Below are positions 8,064-16,175 of a stretch of 32,000 nt of DNA, piece by piece. Numbering within the stretch: position 1 is the first letter of the stretch; the number at the start of each line of letters is the position of its first letter. The notes below the pieces were generated by a model that saw nothing but the letters and a program-made list of their open reading frames with translations, was not told the origin of the DNA and did not search any database. Source of the DNA: Faecalibaculum rodentium (GTDB lineage: Bacteria > Bacillota_I > Bacilli_A > Erysipelotrichales > Erysipelotrichaceae); NCBI RefSeq assembly GCF_001564455.1, contig NZ_CP011391.1, forward strand, positions 2,490,001 to 2,522,000, read 5' to 3'. Position numbers and translations under genes: made by a program.

Positions 8064-8933
8064 CTATTTTGCCAGAATCTCCACGCCTTTGTCCGTCACC
8101 AGCAGGGTATGCTCCCACTGTGCCGACAGCTTTCCGTCTTCGGTAATGGCTGTCCAGTCGTTGTCTTCGTCGATATACAGCCGGCTGGTTCCCTGGTTGA
8201 TCATGGGTTCGATTGTAAACACCATTCCCGGTGCAATCACCATTCCCCGGCCGCGGATCCCCACATGATGCACATAGGGTTCCTCATGGAAATCGTTGCC
8301 CACTCCATGACCGCAGAAATCCGTCACCACGCTGTAGCCGTTTTTGTGCGCCACTTCCTGGATTGCCGCCCCAATGTCCCCGAAATGACCCCAGGGACGG
8401 ACCGCCGCAATGCCTGCCTCGAGACATTCTTTCGTCACATCCACCAGCCGTTTTGCTTCCGGACTCACCTCGCCAATGCAGAACATCCGGCTCGCATCCG
8501 CATAGTGGCCGTGCACGATCGTCGTGCAGTCCACATTGACAATGTCGCCTTCCTTCAGGATGACCTTCTCGTCCGGAATCCCGTGGCACACCTCTTCGTT
8601 GATGCTCGTACAGCAGCTCTTCGGAAATCCCTCATATCCCAGACAGGCGGGAATCCCGCCGTGGCTGGTGGTATAGTCATAGACCAGTTTGTCGATTTCC
8701 TCTGTGCTCATCCCCGCATGGATTTTCTCCCCCACCAGATCCAGCACCGCATCGTTGATTTTCGCCGCCTTTTTGATGTATCGGATGTCTTCCTCCGACT
8801 TGATCAGTTCACGCCCCGGCACCTGCTGTCCCTGGAGTTTGAGAACCGCCATGGTATCATCAAACTTCTCGTGACAGTGCTTGTATTTCTTGCCCGAGCC
8901 ACACCAGCAGGGGCTGTTCTTTCCCAGTTTCAT
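8064..8933 (-). CDS. map: Type I methionine aminopeptidase with N-terminal SEC-C zinc motif
   Basis: SEC-C motif is SPCWCGSGKKYKHCH. The MetAP core has GDIVNVD, HGHYAD, CGHGVG, FTIEP and the EHT metal ligands. The start is ambiguous (ATG at 8933, 8951 or 8969). I chose 8933 because GAGAGGCGG lies 7 to 8 nt upstream. Confidence 0.88.
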   Translation of the reverse strand: MKLGKNSPCWCGSGKKYKHCHEKFDDTMAVLKLQGQQVPGRELIKSEEDIRYIKKAAKINDAVLDLVGEKIHAGMSTEEIDKLVYDYTTSHGGIPACLGYEGFPKSCCTSINEEVCHGIPDEKVILKEGDIVNVDCTTIVHGHYADASRMFCIGEVSPEAKRLVDVTKECLEAGIAAVRPWGHFGDIGAAIQEVAHKNGYSVVTDFCGHGVGNDFHEEPYVHHVGIRGRGMVIAPGMVFTIEPMINQGTSRLYIDEDNDWTAITEDGKLSAQWEHTLLVTDKGVEILAK

Positions 8934-8955
8934 CGGATTGCCGCCTCTCATTCCT

Positions 8956-9843
8956 TTATTCGTTCTCATCCCTGACCTGTCCTTCACCGCCAGCGGGATT
9001 CCCTGCACCGATGTGCAGCCAGAACATCCGGTCCTTCCCGTTAATGTCCTGCTCGATATGCGCCACGGCTCCAGGGAAGTACTCATGGGCCAGATCCGTC
9101 AGGGCCTGCCCCTGGTTCCACCCCATTTCAAATGCCATCAATGCCTCCGGCTTCAGCACCTGGCGGGCCGTCGCAAAGAGTGCACGATAAAACTTCAGTC
9201 CATCCGGACCCCCGAAGAGCGCCACATGGGGTTCAAAGTCCCGCACCGAGCGTTCAATCTGTTCCTGGCTTGGAATATAAGGGGGATTGCAGACAAGGAT
9301 ATCGCAGTGCAGACCCGCCTGGATGTAGGGCTCCAGCAGGCTGCCGGTCAGAAAGCTGACACCTACCTGCAGTCTGTCCCGGTTCTTTTCCGCCTGCCGG
9401 ACTGCCTGTTCGCTGATGTCGCTGGCATACACCGTGAAATCAGGTTCTTCCAGCGCCAGGGAAATGCCAATGGCTCCCGATCCGGTTCCCACATCAAACA
9501 CAGTCACCTTTTGCTTCGGAAAGTACTCATCATACAGCCGCAGCACAAGTGCCACCAGTTCCTCGGTTTCCGGCCTCGGGATCAGGACATCGGGAGAAAC
9601 CAGGAAATCATAGCCATAAAACGGGGTATAGCCCAGGACATAATCCAGCGGCTCTCCGCGTTCCATGCGATGCACACCCTCCAGGTATTCCGTCTGCAGA
9701 TCCTCCGGCATGGGTTCCTCCATCACCATGTACAGATTGATGTCATGTCCCCGGCATATTTCATTCAGCAGCAGACCCGCTGCCTGGTCACCATGTTCCT
9801 GCAGCCTCTTTCGGCCTTCCCTGAGAAGGTCGGCATAACGCAT
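8956..9843 (-). CDS. prmC: Release-factor glutamine N5-methyltransferase PrmC/HemK
   Basis: SAM motif VFDVGTGSGAIG and catalytic NPPY (VCNPPYIPS). The track start at 9846 is a TTG. The ATG at 9843 overlaps the prfA TGA (TGATG). Confidence 0.9.
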   Translation of the reverse strand: MRYADLLREGRKRLQEHGDQAAGLLLNEICRGHDINLYMVMEEPMPEDLQTEYLEGVHRMERGEPLDYVLGYTPFYGYDFLVSPDVLIPRPETEELVALVLRLYDEYFPKQKVTVFDVGTGSGAIGISLALEEPDFTVYASDISEQAVRQAEKNRDRLQVGVSFLTGSLLEPYIQAGLHCDILVCNPPYIPSQEQIERSVRDFEPHVALFGGPDGLKFYRALFATARQVLKPEALMAFEMGWNQGQALTDLAHEYFPGAVAHIEQDINGKDRMFWLHIGAGNPAGGEGQVRDENE

Positions 9844-10919
9844 CAAAGCGCTTCTCCGGCCAGCTTCGCCTGCTGGTCCGCCGTCTGCAGGGCCGTCATC
9901 AGATCCTCCAGCCGCCCGTCGATCATTCGGTCCAGCTGATTGACGCTGTAGCCGATGCGGTGGTCGGTGATGCGGTTCTGCGGATAGTTGTAGGTGCGGA
10001 TCTTCTCCGCGCGGTCCCCGGACCCGATCTTCGTCCGACGCTCGGCGCCGGCTTTTTCATCCAGCTCCCGCTGGTGTTCTTCCTTGACCCGCGCAGCAAT
10101 GGTCGCCAGGGCAGTGGCACGGTTTTCGTGCTGCGACCGCCCGTCCTGGCATTTCACCACGATGCCCGTGGGCTTGTGCACAATGCGCACCGCGGAGTCT
10201 GTCTTGTTGACATGCTGGCCGCCGGCACCAGACGCCCGCATGGTTTCAATCTCCAGATCGTTCATGTCAATGTCGAAATCCTCTTCATCGAGTTCCGGAT
10301 AGACAAGCACCGTCGCCGTGGAGGTCTGGATACGGCCCTGGGATTCGGTCTTGGGCACCCTTTGCACCCGGTGGCTGCCGCTTTCGAATTTCAGTGTCCC
10401 ATAGACACCCTGGCCGCTGATCTTGAAGGCAATCAGGGAGTAGCCGCCGGCTTCCGAATCCTCGGCATCCGTGACTTCCACTTTCCAGCCCTTGCTTTCG
10501 GCGTATTTCACATACATCCGGTACAGGTCGCCCGCAAAAATGTTGCCTTCGTCACCTCCGGCTGCACCGCGGATTTCCATGAACGCATTGTGCGAGTCGT
10601 TGGGATCCCGGGGTACGAGCAGGAGCTCCAGGTGATCGAGATAGGACCGGATTTTCGGCTCCAGCTCCCCGATTTCCATCTGCGCCATCTCCCGGATTTC
10701 CCTGTCGTCTTCCGCCGCCAGGATCCTCGCATCTTCCAGTGCCGCCACTGCTTCTTTGTATTCGTGATATGTATCGATGATGGGCGTCAGTTCGCTCTGT
10801 TCGCGGCCCAGTTTTGCCATGGTCTTGCGGTCACCCAGCACCTGGGGGCTCATCATCAGTTCGGAAATTTCATTGTATCGCTGTTCAAGACCTTCCAGAC
10901 GGTCATCCATTTTCGCCAT
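9843..10919 (-). CDS. prfA: Peptide chain release factor 1
   Basis: 358 aa from ATG 10919 (MAKMDDRLEG), with a GGGAAAGGA RBS. It has the GGQ motif (SGAGGQHVNKT) and a PxT-type motif (RVQRVPKTESQGR). The 653-aa track ORF is an artefactual upstream extension. Confidence 0.95.
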   Translation of the reverse strand: MAKMDDRLEGLEQRYNEISELMMSPQVLGDRKTMAKLGREQSELTPIIDTYHEYKEAVAALEDARILAAEDDREIREMAQMEIGELEPKIRSYLDHLELLLVPRDPNDSHNAFMEIRGAAGGDEGNIFAGDLYRMYVKYAESKGWKVEVTDAEDSEAGGYSLIAFKISGQGVYGTLKFESGSHRVQRVPKTESQGRIQTSTATVLVYPELDEEDFDIDMNDLEIETMRASGAGGQHVNKTDSAVRIVHKPTGIVVKCQDGRSQHENRATALATIAARVKEEHQRELDEKAGAERRTKIGSGDRAEKIRTYNYPQNRITDHRIGYSVNQLDRMIDGRLEDLMTALQTADQQAKLAGEAL

Positions 10920-11180
10920 TTGATTCATCCTTTCCCGCCCGCAGGCGATCATTGTTATGTTGCGGATTCCTGCATGGATCCCAATGTGACAGGCTGCCCG
11001 CAGGCAGTCTGAACCTATCCTATGATAGCACCTTGTTGCCTTGCGGGTCACCTGCTGCCCGTGTCCCGCGAAGGACAGTGCCGGCACCTGCCTTCTCTGG
11101 ATGTCGCGGACCACGCAGCAACCATCGGCAGGAAAGGAACAGAACCGGAAATCCGGGTGCCGGTCCTCTATAATGAAGGA

Positions 11181-12650
11181 ATGAGCAGAAAGATACAAAG
11201 AAGACGAAAGCCGAGACGGTCGGTGGTCATTGCGGCGGTGGCTGCCGGGATTCTGCTGGCGGTATGGCTGGGGTTCAAGGTGACGGAAAACGGCGTGTTC
11301 ACAGTGATCGACTATTCGGCGGATCCAAAGGAAATCGGGACCTGGAAGCACTATGGCCTTGCGGCGGCGAAGCTGAATGCCCTGGATCCGGATACACCGG
11401 CGTGTATCGAGAATGAATCCGGGAAGGTGGTGGCGATCCGCAGCGGGGTGGTGGATTTTTCGGGGAAGCCGGTGACGGAAAACACCCTGTACACCATGGA
11501 GAACGGGGAGCAGGGATATCTGAACGGGAGCTATGGTGTGGATGGTCTGTATCTTGGGACCAGCGGTGATGGCCGGGAGGTGAAGTTCCAGATGGCAGGC
11601 ACGACGGGGTGGGTGGATGTACAGGATGTGTCCCTCCGGTTTTACAGCGATACCGTCCGTCTCTCGGGTTACAGCCGGTATCAGGACTCCCTGGTGCATC
11701 AGGTTTCGACGGGACTCGACGGACAGGAGCCTCTGGCCTACAGCATCGGGTCGTGTCCGTCGTTCATTGACCCGGATGTGTTTTACTTCTCCTATGACGG
11801 GCACTGGTTCTACAAAGACTTCTACACCATGTCAGAGGCCATGCGCACGGGGGACGGCCGTGCCGTGAATGAAGAACCCTGGTACAATCCCTGGCAGTTC
11901 ACACCCCACCGGACGCTGTCCAGTCTGACGAATGCTGACGGCAATGCCGCACTGGCTGCCCGGGGCATCACCCGCGGGGTATCACCGGAGGACACCTGGC
12001 CGCTGGAGGCCGGTCAGTCTGTGCTGTTTGATGCGGCGGATCTCTTTTCAAAGGTCCAGCAGGAGGACTGGATGAATGCCCGGATGATGTTCGCGCTGGC
12101 GATGAATGAGTCCGGTGCCGGGCAGAGTGAATATGCGGTGGACCGGCACAATGTATTCGGTCATGAGGCCGGGGATGAAAACCCGGATGCTGCAAGCGGG
12201 TATCCCGATTTGCTGGCATGTGTGCAGTCTCATGCCTGGGACTGGCTTCAGAAAAAGTATGCCAATCCAGGCAATGAGGTGTGGCACGGATCGTGGTTCG
12301 GAGACAAAGGGTCCGGGATCAATGTCATGTACGCCTCTGACCCCTACTGGGGGGAAAAGGCGGCGAGTTTCCTGTATCGCCTGGGGTTCGAGCCCCCTGA
12401 GCTGATCACCCGCGATGGCAGTGAAGAGACACCGGTCTATGACAGACCCGGAGGATCCGTCGTGTATGTATTTGCGGGACCTGCCATGCTGGTGAAGACC
12501 GGGGAAGCCCGTGACGGATATCTCCCGGTGCGCAGCGAAGCACCTCTGTCGGAGGGCAAAGTGGATGTGGAGATCCCCTATGAGGAAACAGACATTGTCT
12601 GGATTCCGGAGAAATGGGCAGCTGCAGCGGATTCTGCTGCAGAAAACTGA
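11181..12650 (+). CDS. Membrane-anchored cell-wall hydrolase with C-terminal GH73 (glucosaminidase)-like domain
   Basis: From ATG 11181 it reads MSRKIQRRRKPRRSVVIAAVAAGILLAVWLG (basic N-terminus plus signal anchor). The C-terminal region ALAMNESGAGQSEYAVDRHNVFGHEA...YASDPYWGEKAASF resembles the NESGWG...NLFG...DPYY pattern of PF01832. Confidence 0.72.
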   Translation: MSRKIQRRRKPRRSVVIAAVAAGILLAVWLGFKVTENGVFTVIDYSADPKEIGTWKHYGLAAAKLNALDPDTPACIENESGKVVAIRSGVVDFSGKPVTENTLYTMENGEQGYLNGSYGVDGLYLGTSGDGREVKFQMAGTTGWVDVQDVSLRFYSDTVRLSGYSRYQDSLVHQVSTGLDGQEPLAYSIGSCPSFIDPDVFYFSYDGHWFYKDFYTMSEAMRTGDGRAVNEEPWYNPWQFTPHRTLSSLTNADGNAALAARGITRGVSPEDTWPLEAGQSVLFDAADLFSKVQQEDWMNARMMFALAMNESGAGQSEYAVDRHNVFGHEAGDENPDAASGYPDLLACVQSHAWDWLQKKYANPGNEVWHGSWFGDKGSGINVMYASDPYWGEKAASFLYRLGFEPPELITRDGSEETPVYDRPGGSVVYVFAGPAMLVKTGEARDGYLPVRSEAPLSEGKVDVEIPYEETDIVWIPEKWAAAADSAAEN

Positions 12651-12705
12651 ACTTTCCCCGGTCGGGATCTGTGCCTGGCGGCAGAAGTGACTGGCGCTGC
12701 GGACT

Positions 12706-12752
12706 CAAAAACCCGGACAACTCGCCGTCATGAACACGAGACTGTCCGGGTT
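12706..12752 (-). terminator. Terminator-like hairpin downstream of the DUF3284-like gene
   Basis: Perfect 10-bp inverted repeat AACCCGGACA / TGTCCGGGTT (12710..12719 and 12743..12752) with a 23-nt loop. On the minus strand it is followed by UUUUUG. Confidence 0.5.
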
Positions 12753-12821
12753 GTCTGCATATCCGGATGGCTGCCTGTGTGCCCGGCTGCCGGCAGGCAG
12801 GATGACCGGCTGCAGCTCTGT

Positions 12822-13235
12822 CTACTCCTGATTGCCGGAGGTTTTCTGCTGAGCCGCCTGCGCCAGCAGCACTGTCTCCACATTCCGGAGCAGCTCCAGT
12901 GCTTTCTTCACCGCTGCTTTCTCCTGCCGGCGGATCAGGAACCCGCTGCCCTCCAGGGTGTGCGTGTACGTCACCTGCACCCTGTCAGGCCCCAGCGGTT
13001 CCAGGTCATAGCGTACATCCAGTCCTTTGCCGTCTGTGGAAAAATGCGCTGCATACGCCGACGGTTCTTTCCAGTCCGTCAGCTTCACCCGTGTGCGGCG
13101 GTTGCCGGTCTTCTTTGACCAGCTGTACCCCGGAGCGAGTTTCGGGTGTTTCTCCCCGGTTTCCAGCACCAGGGACCGTTTCATGACATCAAACAGTGCC
13201 TGGGCACTGACATTCAGTTGGATGGTATCTTTCAT
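12822..13235 (-). CDS. Small SRPBCC-like protein (resembles the DUF3284 family)
   Basis: 137 aa from ATG 13235 (MKDTIQLNVSAQALFDVM), preceded by AAAGGAGA. The family assignment is from memory of N-terminal pattern and size only. Confidence 0.55.
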   Translation of the reverse strand: MKDTIQLNVSAQALFDVMKRSLVLETGEKHPKLAPGYSWSKKTGNRRTRVKLTDWKEPSAYAAHFSTDGKGLDVRYDLEPLGPDRVQVTYTHTLEGSGFLIRRQEKAAVKKALELLRNVETVLLAQAAQQKTSGNQE

Positions 13236-13336
13236 GTATCTCCTTTCAGACAGTGTGCAGCTGTGGTCAGTCCATTGCCCTGCACCCCGGTTTCCCCGTA
13301 TCATGACGGAAGCAGCCCCGCTGCGGGAGGAATTGT

Positions 13337-14098
13337 ATGTATACTGACAGCCACTGCCACATCACCTGTGATGAACTGTATTCTGACCTGGAAGGCGTAT
13401 TGTCCCGCATGAAGGACGTCTGCCGGGTGATGATCGTCTGTACCAGCGAAGAGGAATATCTGCGGGCTGTTCCCATCCGGAGCAGCGATCCTGTCCGCTT
13501 CCGGATTGCCTTCGGGTTTTATCCCGGGGATGCGGATGAGGTCACGGAAGAACGGCTGGCCTTTCTGGAGGAAGCCCTGAAATCCGGCAACGTGGATGTC
13601 CTGGGAGAAATCGGGCTGGATCACCACTGGCCCGAGCCTGACAGACAGACACAGAAAGATCTCTTTGTACGCCAGATCCGCATGGCCAATGACTATGATC
13701 TTCCCATTGCGATTCATATGCGCGACGCCAGCCAGGAGACCCTGGATCTTCTCAGACAGGAAGCCCGGACCCCCATTGTGTTCCACTGTTTTTCCGGCTC
13801 CCCGGAAACCATGCGGGAGGCCCTGAAGCTGAATTCCCTGATTTCCTTCGCCGGTCCCGTGACGTTCAAAAACGCCCGTCACGCCCCTGCCTGTGTCCAG
13901 GCCTGTCCCGCCGACAGGATCCTGACCGAAACCGATGCCCCGTATATGGCACCCGTCCCCATGCGCGGCCACCGCAATGAACCGGCTTACGTGGCGTATA
14001 CCACAAAAAAAATCTGCGAACTCAAGAACCTTCCGGAAAAGGATCTGACCTCGCAGATCGGTCACAACTTTGATTCACTCTTTTCGCGGCAGTCCTGA
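13337..14098 (+). CDS. tatD: TatD-family metal-dependent hydrolase/DNase
   Basis: 253 aa. It has DSHCH at the N-terminus, then GEIGLD, AIHMRDA, FHCFSG and ETDAPY motifs. ATG follows GGGAGGA. Confidence 0.9.
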   Translation: MYTDSHCHITCDELYSDLEGVLSRMKDVCRVMIVCTSEEEYLRAVPIRSSDPVRFRIAFGFYPGDADEVTEERLAFLEEALKSGNVDVLGEIGLDHHWPEPDRQTQKDLFVRQIRMANDYDLPIAIHMRDASQETLDLLRQEARTPIVFHCFSGSPETMREALKLNSLISFAGPVTFKNARHAPACVQACPADRILTETDAPYMAPVPMRGHRNEPAYVAYTTKKICELKNLPEKDLTSQIGHNFDSLFSRQS

Positions 14099-14113
14099 AC
14101 CTGCCGCTTTTTT
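14086..14113 (+). terminator. Rho-independent terminator after tatD
   Basis: GCGGCAG (14086..14092), 8-nt loop, CTGCCGC (14101..14107), then TTTTTT. The stem overlaps the tatD stop codon. Confidence 0.7.
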
Positions 14114-14135
14114 ATGATTCAGCGCCCGGATCCCT

Positions 14136-15134
14136 TCAGTGGATATGTTTGTGACACAGTTCCTTGATGGACTCTTCGGATTCTTCCACCGCAGAGTTCA
14201 GCGCCTTGGACAGCGGGGCATTGGTTTCAATGGCCTGAATCGTGGCAGCCAGCAGCGGCGCAACGGAAATCACAGTCATTTCCTTGTAAAGATCCCGCTT
14301 GTCTGTCTGGTCAATGGTGTTCGTGCAGATGAACTCTTCCAGATCCGCGGCTTTCAGCCTGTCAATGGCGGGTCCGGAGAGAATGCCGTGTGCACAGGCT
14401 GCATAGACTTTCTGTGCACCCTTGTCACGCAGCATTTTGATGCCGGATGTGAGTGTGCCGGCTGTATCCACCATGTCGTCAATGATGATGGCGGTTTTGC
14501 CGTTCACATCGCCAATCAGGTTCATGGCTTCCGCCACATTGGGTTTCGGACGGCGCTTGTCAATGATGGCAATGGGTGCATCCAGCTGCTCGGCGAGCTT
14601 TCGGGCACGCACGACGCCTCCGTGGTCGGGAGAAACCACCACGAGATCCCGGGAGGATTCCTTTTCCTTCAGGTATTCGCCCACCAGCGTCAGCGTGGTA
14701 ATATCATCTGCCGGTACATCGAAGAATCCCTGGATCTGGGTGGCATGCAGGTCCATGGTGATGACCCGGTCAGCCCCGGCACGTTCCAGCAGACTGGCCA
14801 CCAGACGGGATGTGATTGGCTGTCTGGGCTTGGCTTTCCGGTCCTGTCTGGCATAGCCGAAATACGGAATCACGGCATTGATGGTCCGGGCGGACGCACG
14901 CTTGGCGGCATCAATGGCAATCAGCAGCTCCATGAGGTTGTCATTGACCGGGTTGTTGGTGGACTGTATGAAGTACACATCCTTGCCGCGGACAGACTCC
15001 CCCAGCTCCACCAGGATCTCACCGTCCGCGAAATGATTGACCGTGACCTTGCCAGGTTCCTGACCCAGAATCTCGCAGACCTGATTCGCCAGCTCCTTGC
15101 TGGAAGAGAGTGCAAATACAATTGTGTTTTCCAT
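14136..15134 (-). CDS. prs: Ribose-phosphate pyrophosphokinase
   Basis: Motifs are PYFGYARQDRK, DLHATQIQGFF and the PRPP loop IIIDDMVDTAGTL. Start chosen at ATG 15134 (MENTIVFAL). The alternative ATG at 15161 directly abuts the glmU stop. Confidence 0.95.
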   Translation of the reverse strand: MENTIVFALSSSKELANQVCEILGQEPGKVTVNHFADGEILVELGESVRGKDVYFIQSTNNPVNDNLMELLIAIDAAKRASARTINAVIPYFGYARQDRKAKPRQPITSRLVASLLERAGADRVITMDLHATQIQGFFDVPADDITTLTLVGEYLKEKESSRDLVVVSPDHGGVVRARKLAEQLDAPIAIIDKRRPKPNVAEAMNLIGDVNGKTAIIIDDMVDTAGTLTSGIKMLRDKGAQKVYAACAHGILSGPAIDRLKAADLEEFICTNTIDQTDKRDLYKEMTVISVAPLLAATIQAIETNAPLSKALNSAVEESEESIKELCHKHIH

Positions 15135-15161
15135 GAAATTTCCTGAACTCCTACTATTCAT

Positions 15162-16151
15162 CTACTCGTTTTTCAGGACCGCGAACGGACCCGCCTGTGT
15201 ATCATCAGGCACTGAAACATTATACACTCTGCAGGCATCGATGCAGGCTCTTTTTCCGACAACCGCATTTTCCAGCCGGCTGCCGGCAAGGATCCGTGCA
15301 CCATCCCCGATCACGCTGCGTCCCAGGATCATCACATCCGGTTCGATCAGCACATCCCGGCCGATGACGACATCCCGCCCGATCACAGTTCTGTCCGGAT
15401 CGCAGATCTGCACCCCATTGCGCATATGCCGGTGGCAGATCTTTTGCTGCAGCCAGGCAGAGGCAGAGGCCAGTTCCGACGGATCGTTGATTCCCGCCGT
15501 TTCCTCCCGGTCATCCACCACAATGGCATCCACGGACTTGCCTTCGCGGGCAAAGATCTTCGCCAGGTCCGTGATGTAATACTCATGCTGAGCATTGTCC
15601 GGCTTCAGCTGTTTCAGTCCCTCGAACAGGTCCTTCGTATTGAAGCAGTACATACCCGCATTGATTTCCCGGATCTGTCTCTGCTCCGGTGTGCAGTCCT
15701 TGGCCTCGACAATGCCTGTGACGTGTCCATCCGCATCCCGGACGACCCGTCCATAATGAGCACCGTCCTCCAGGACAGAGCTCAGAAGCGTCAGGCTGTT
15801 TCCTTCACCGGCTTCATACAGCTTCTTCAGGGTTTCCGGCTGGATGCACGGTCCGTCACCGTTGATCACCAGCGTCAGCCCGTCTTCTCCTTCCAGCATA
15901 TCCGCCTGCATCGCGGCATGGCCCGATCCAAGCTGAGGTTCCTGAATGGCAAACTCCAGTTCCGGGAATGCCTCCTTCACTTCCCCGGCTTTGTAGCCGA
16001 CAACCGCAACGATGCGGTCTGCGCCTGCTTCCTTCAGGCTGTCCACGATATAGCCCATCATGGGACGGTCTATGATGGGGTGCAGCACCTTGGGGGTTTC
16101 GGATTTCATCCGGGTTCCCTTGCCTGCTGCCAGGATGATGGCACTTCTCAT
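15162..16151 (-). CDS. glmU: GlmU-like UDP-N-acetylglucosamine pyrophosphorylase, C-terminally short (uridyltransferase domain plus only the first part of the left-handed beta-helix)
   Basis: 329 aa. The N-terminus AIILAAGKGTRMKSETPKVLHP is canonical. The linker helix and a few hexapeptide turns are present. The ORF ends at ...AGPFAVLKNE-TAG, where canonical GlmU reads IGPFARLRPG and continues for more than 100 residues. prs follows immediately. Confidence 0.85.
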   Translation of the reverse strand: MRSAIILAAGKGTRMKSETPKVLHPIIDRPMMGYIVDSLKEAGADRIVAVVGYKAGEVKEAFPELEFAIQEPQLGSGHAAMQADMLEGEDGLTLVINGDGPCIQPETLKKLYEAGEGNSLTLLSSVLEDGAHYGRVVRDADGHVTGIVEAKDCTPEQRQIREINAGMYCFNTKDLFEGLKQLKPDNAQHEYYITDLAKIFAREGKSVDAIVVDDREETAGINDPSELASASAWLQQKICHRHMRNGVQICDPDRTVIGRDVVIGRDVLIEPDVMILGRSVIGDGARILAGSRLENAVVGKRACIDACRVYNVSVPDDTQAGPFAVLKNE

Positions 16152-16175
16152 TGCTTCCTGTCTCCTTTATTCCAT

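Noticed and set aside
10330-10360. RF1 stop-codon recognition tripeptide reads PKT rather than the textbook PAT
   Set aside because: The middle residue of the PxT motif is naturally variable among bacteria. I do not consider this evidence for altered stop-codon recognition, and TAG, TGA and TAA all terminate genes in this window.
10920-11804. Upstream 295-codon extension of the prfA ORF (the track gives 653 aa)
   Set aside because: RF1 homology begins at MAKMDDRLEG (ATG 10919, good RBS). The extension is R/H/P-rich nonsense, crosses the divergent promoter region, and runs antisense to the GH73-like gene.
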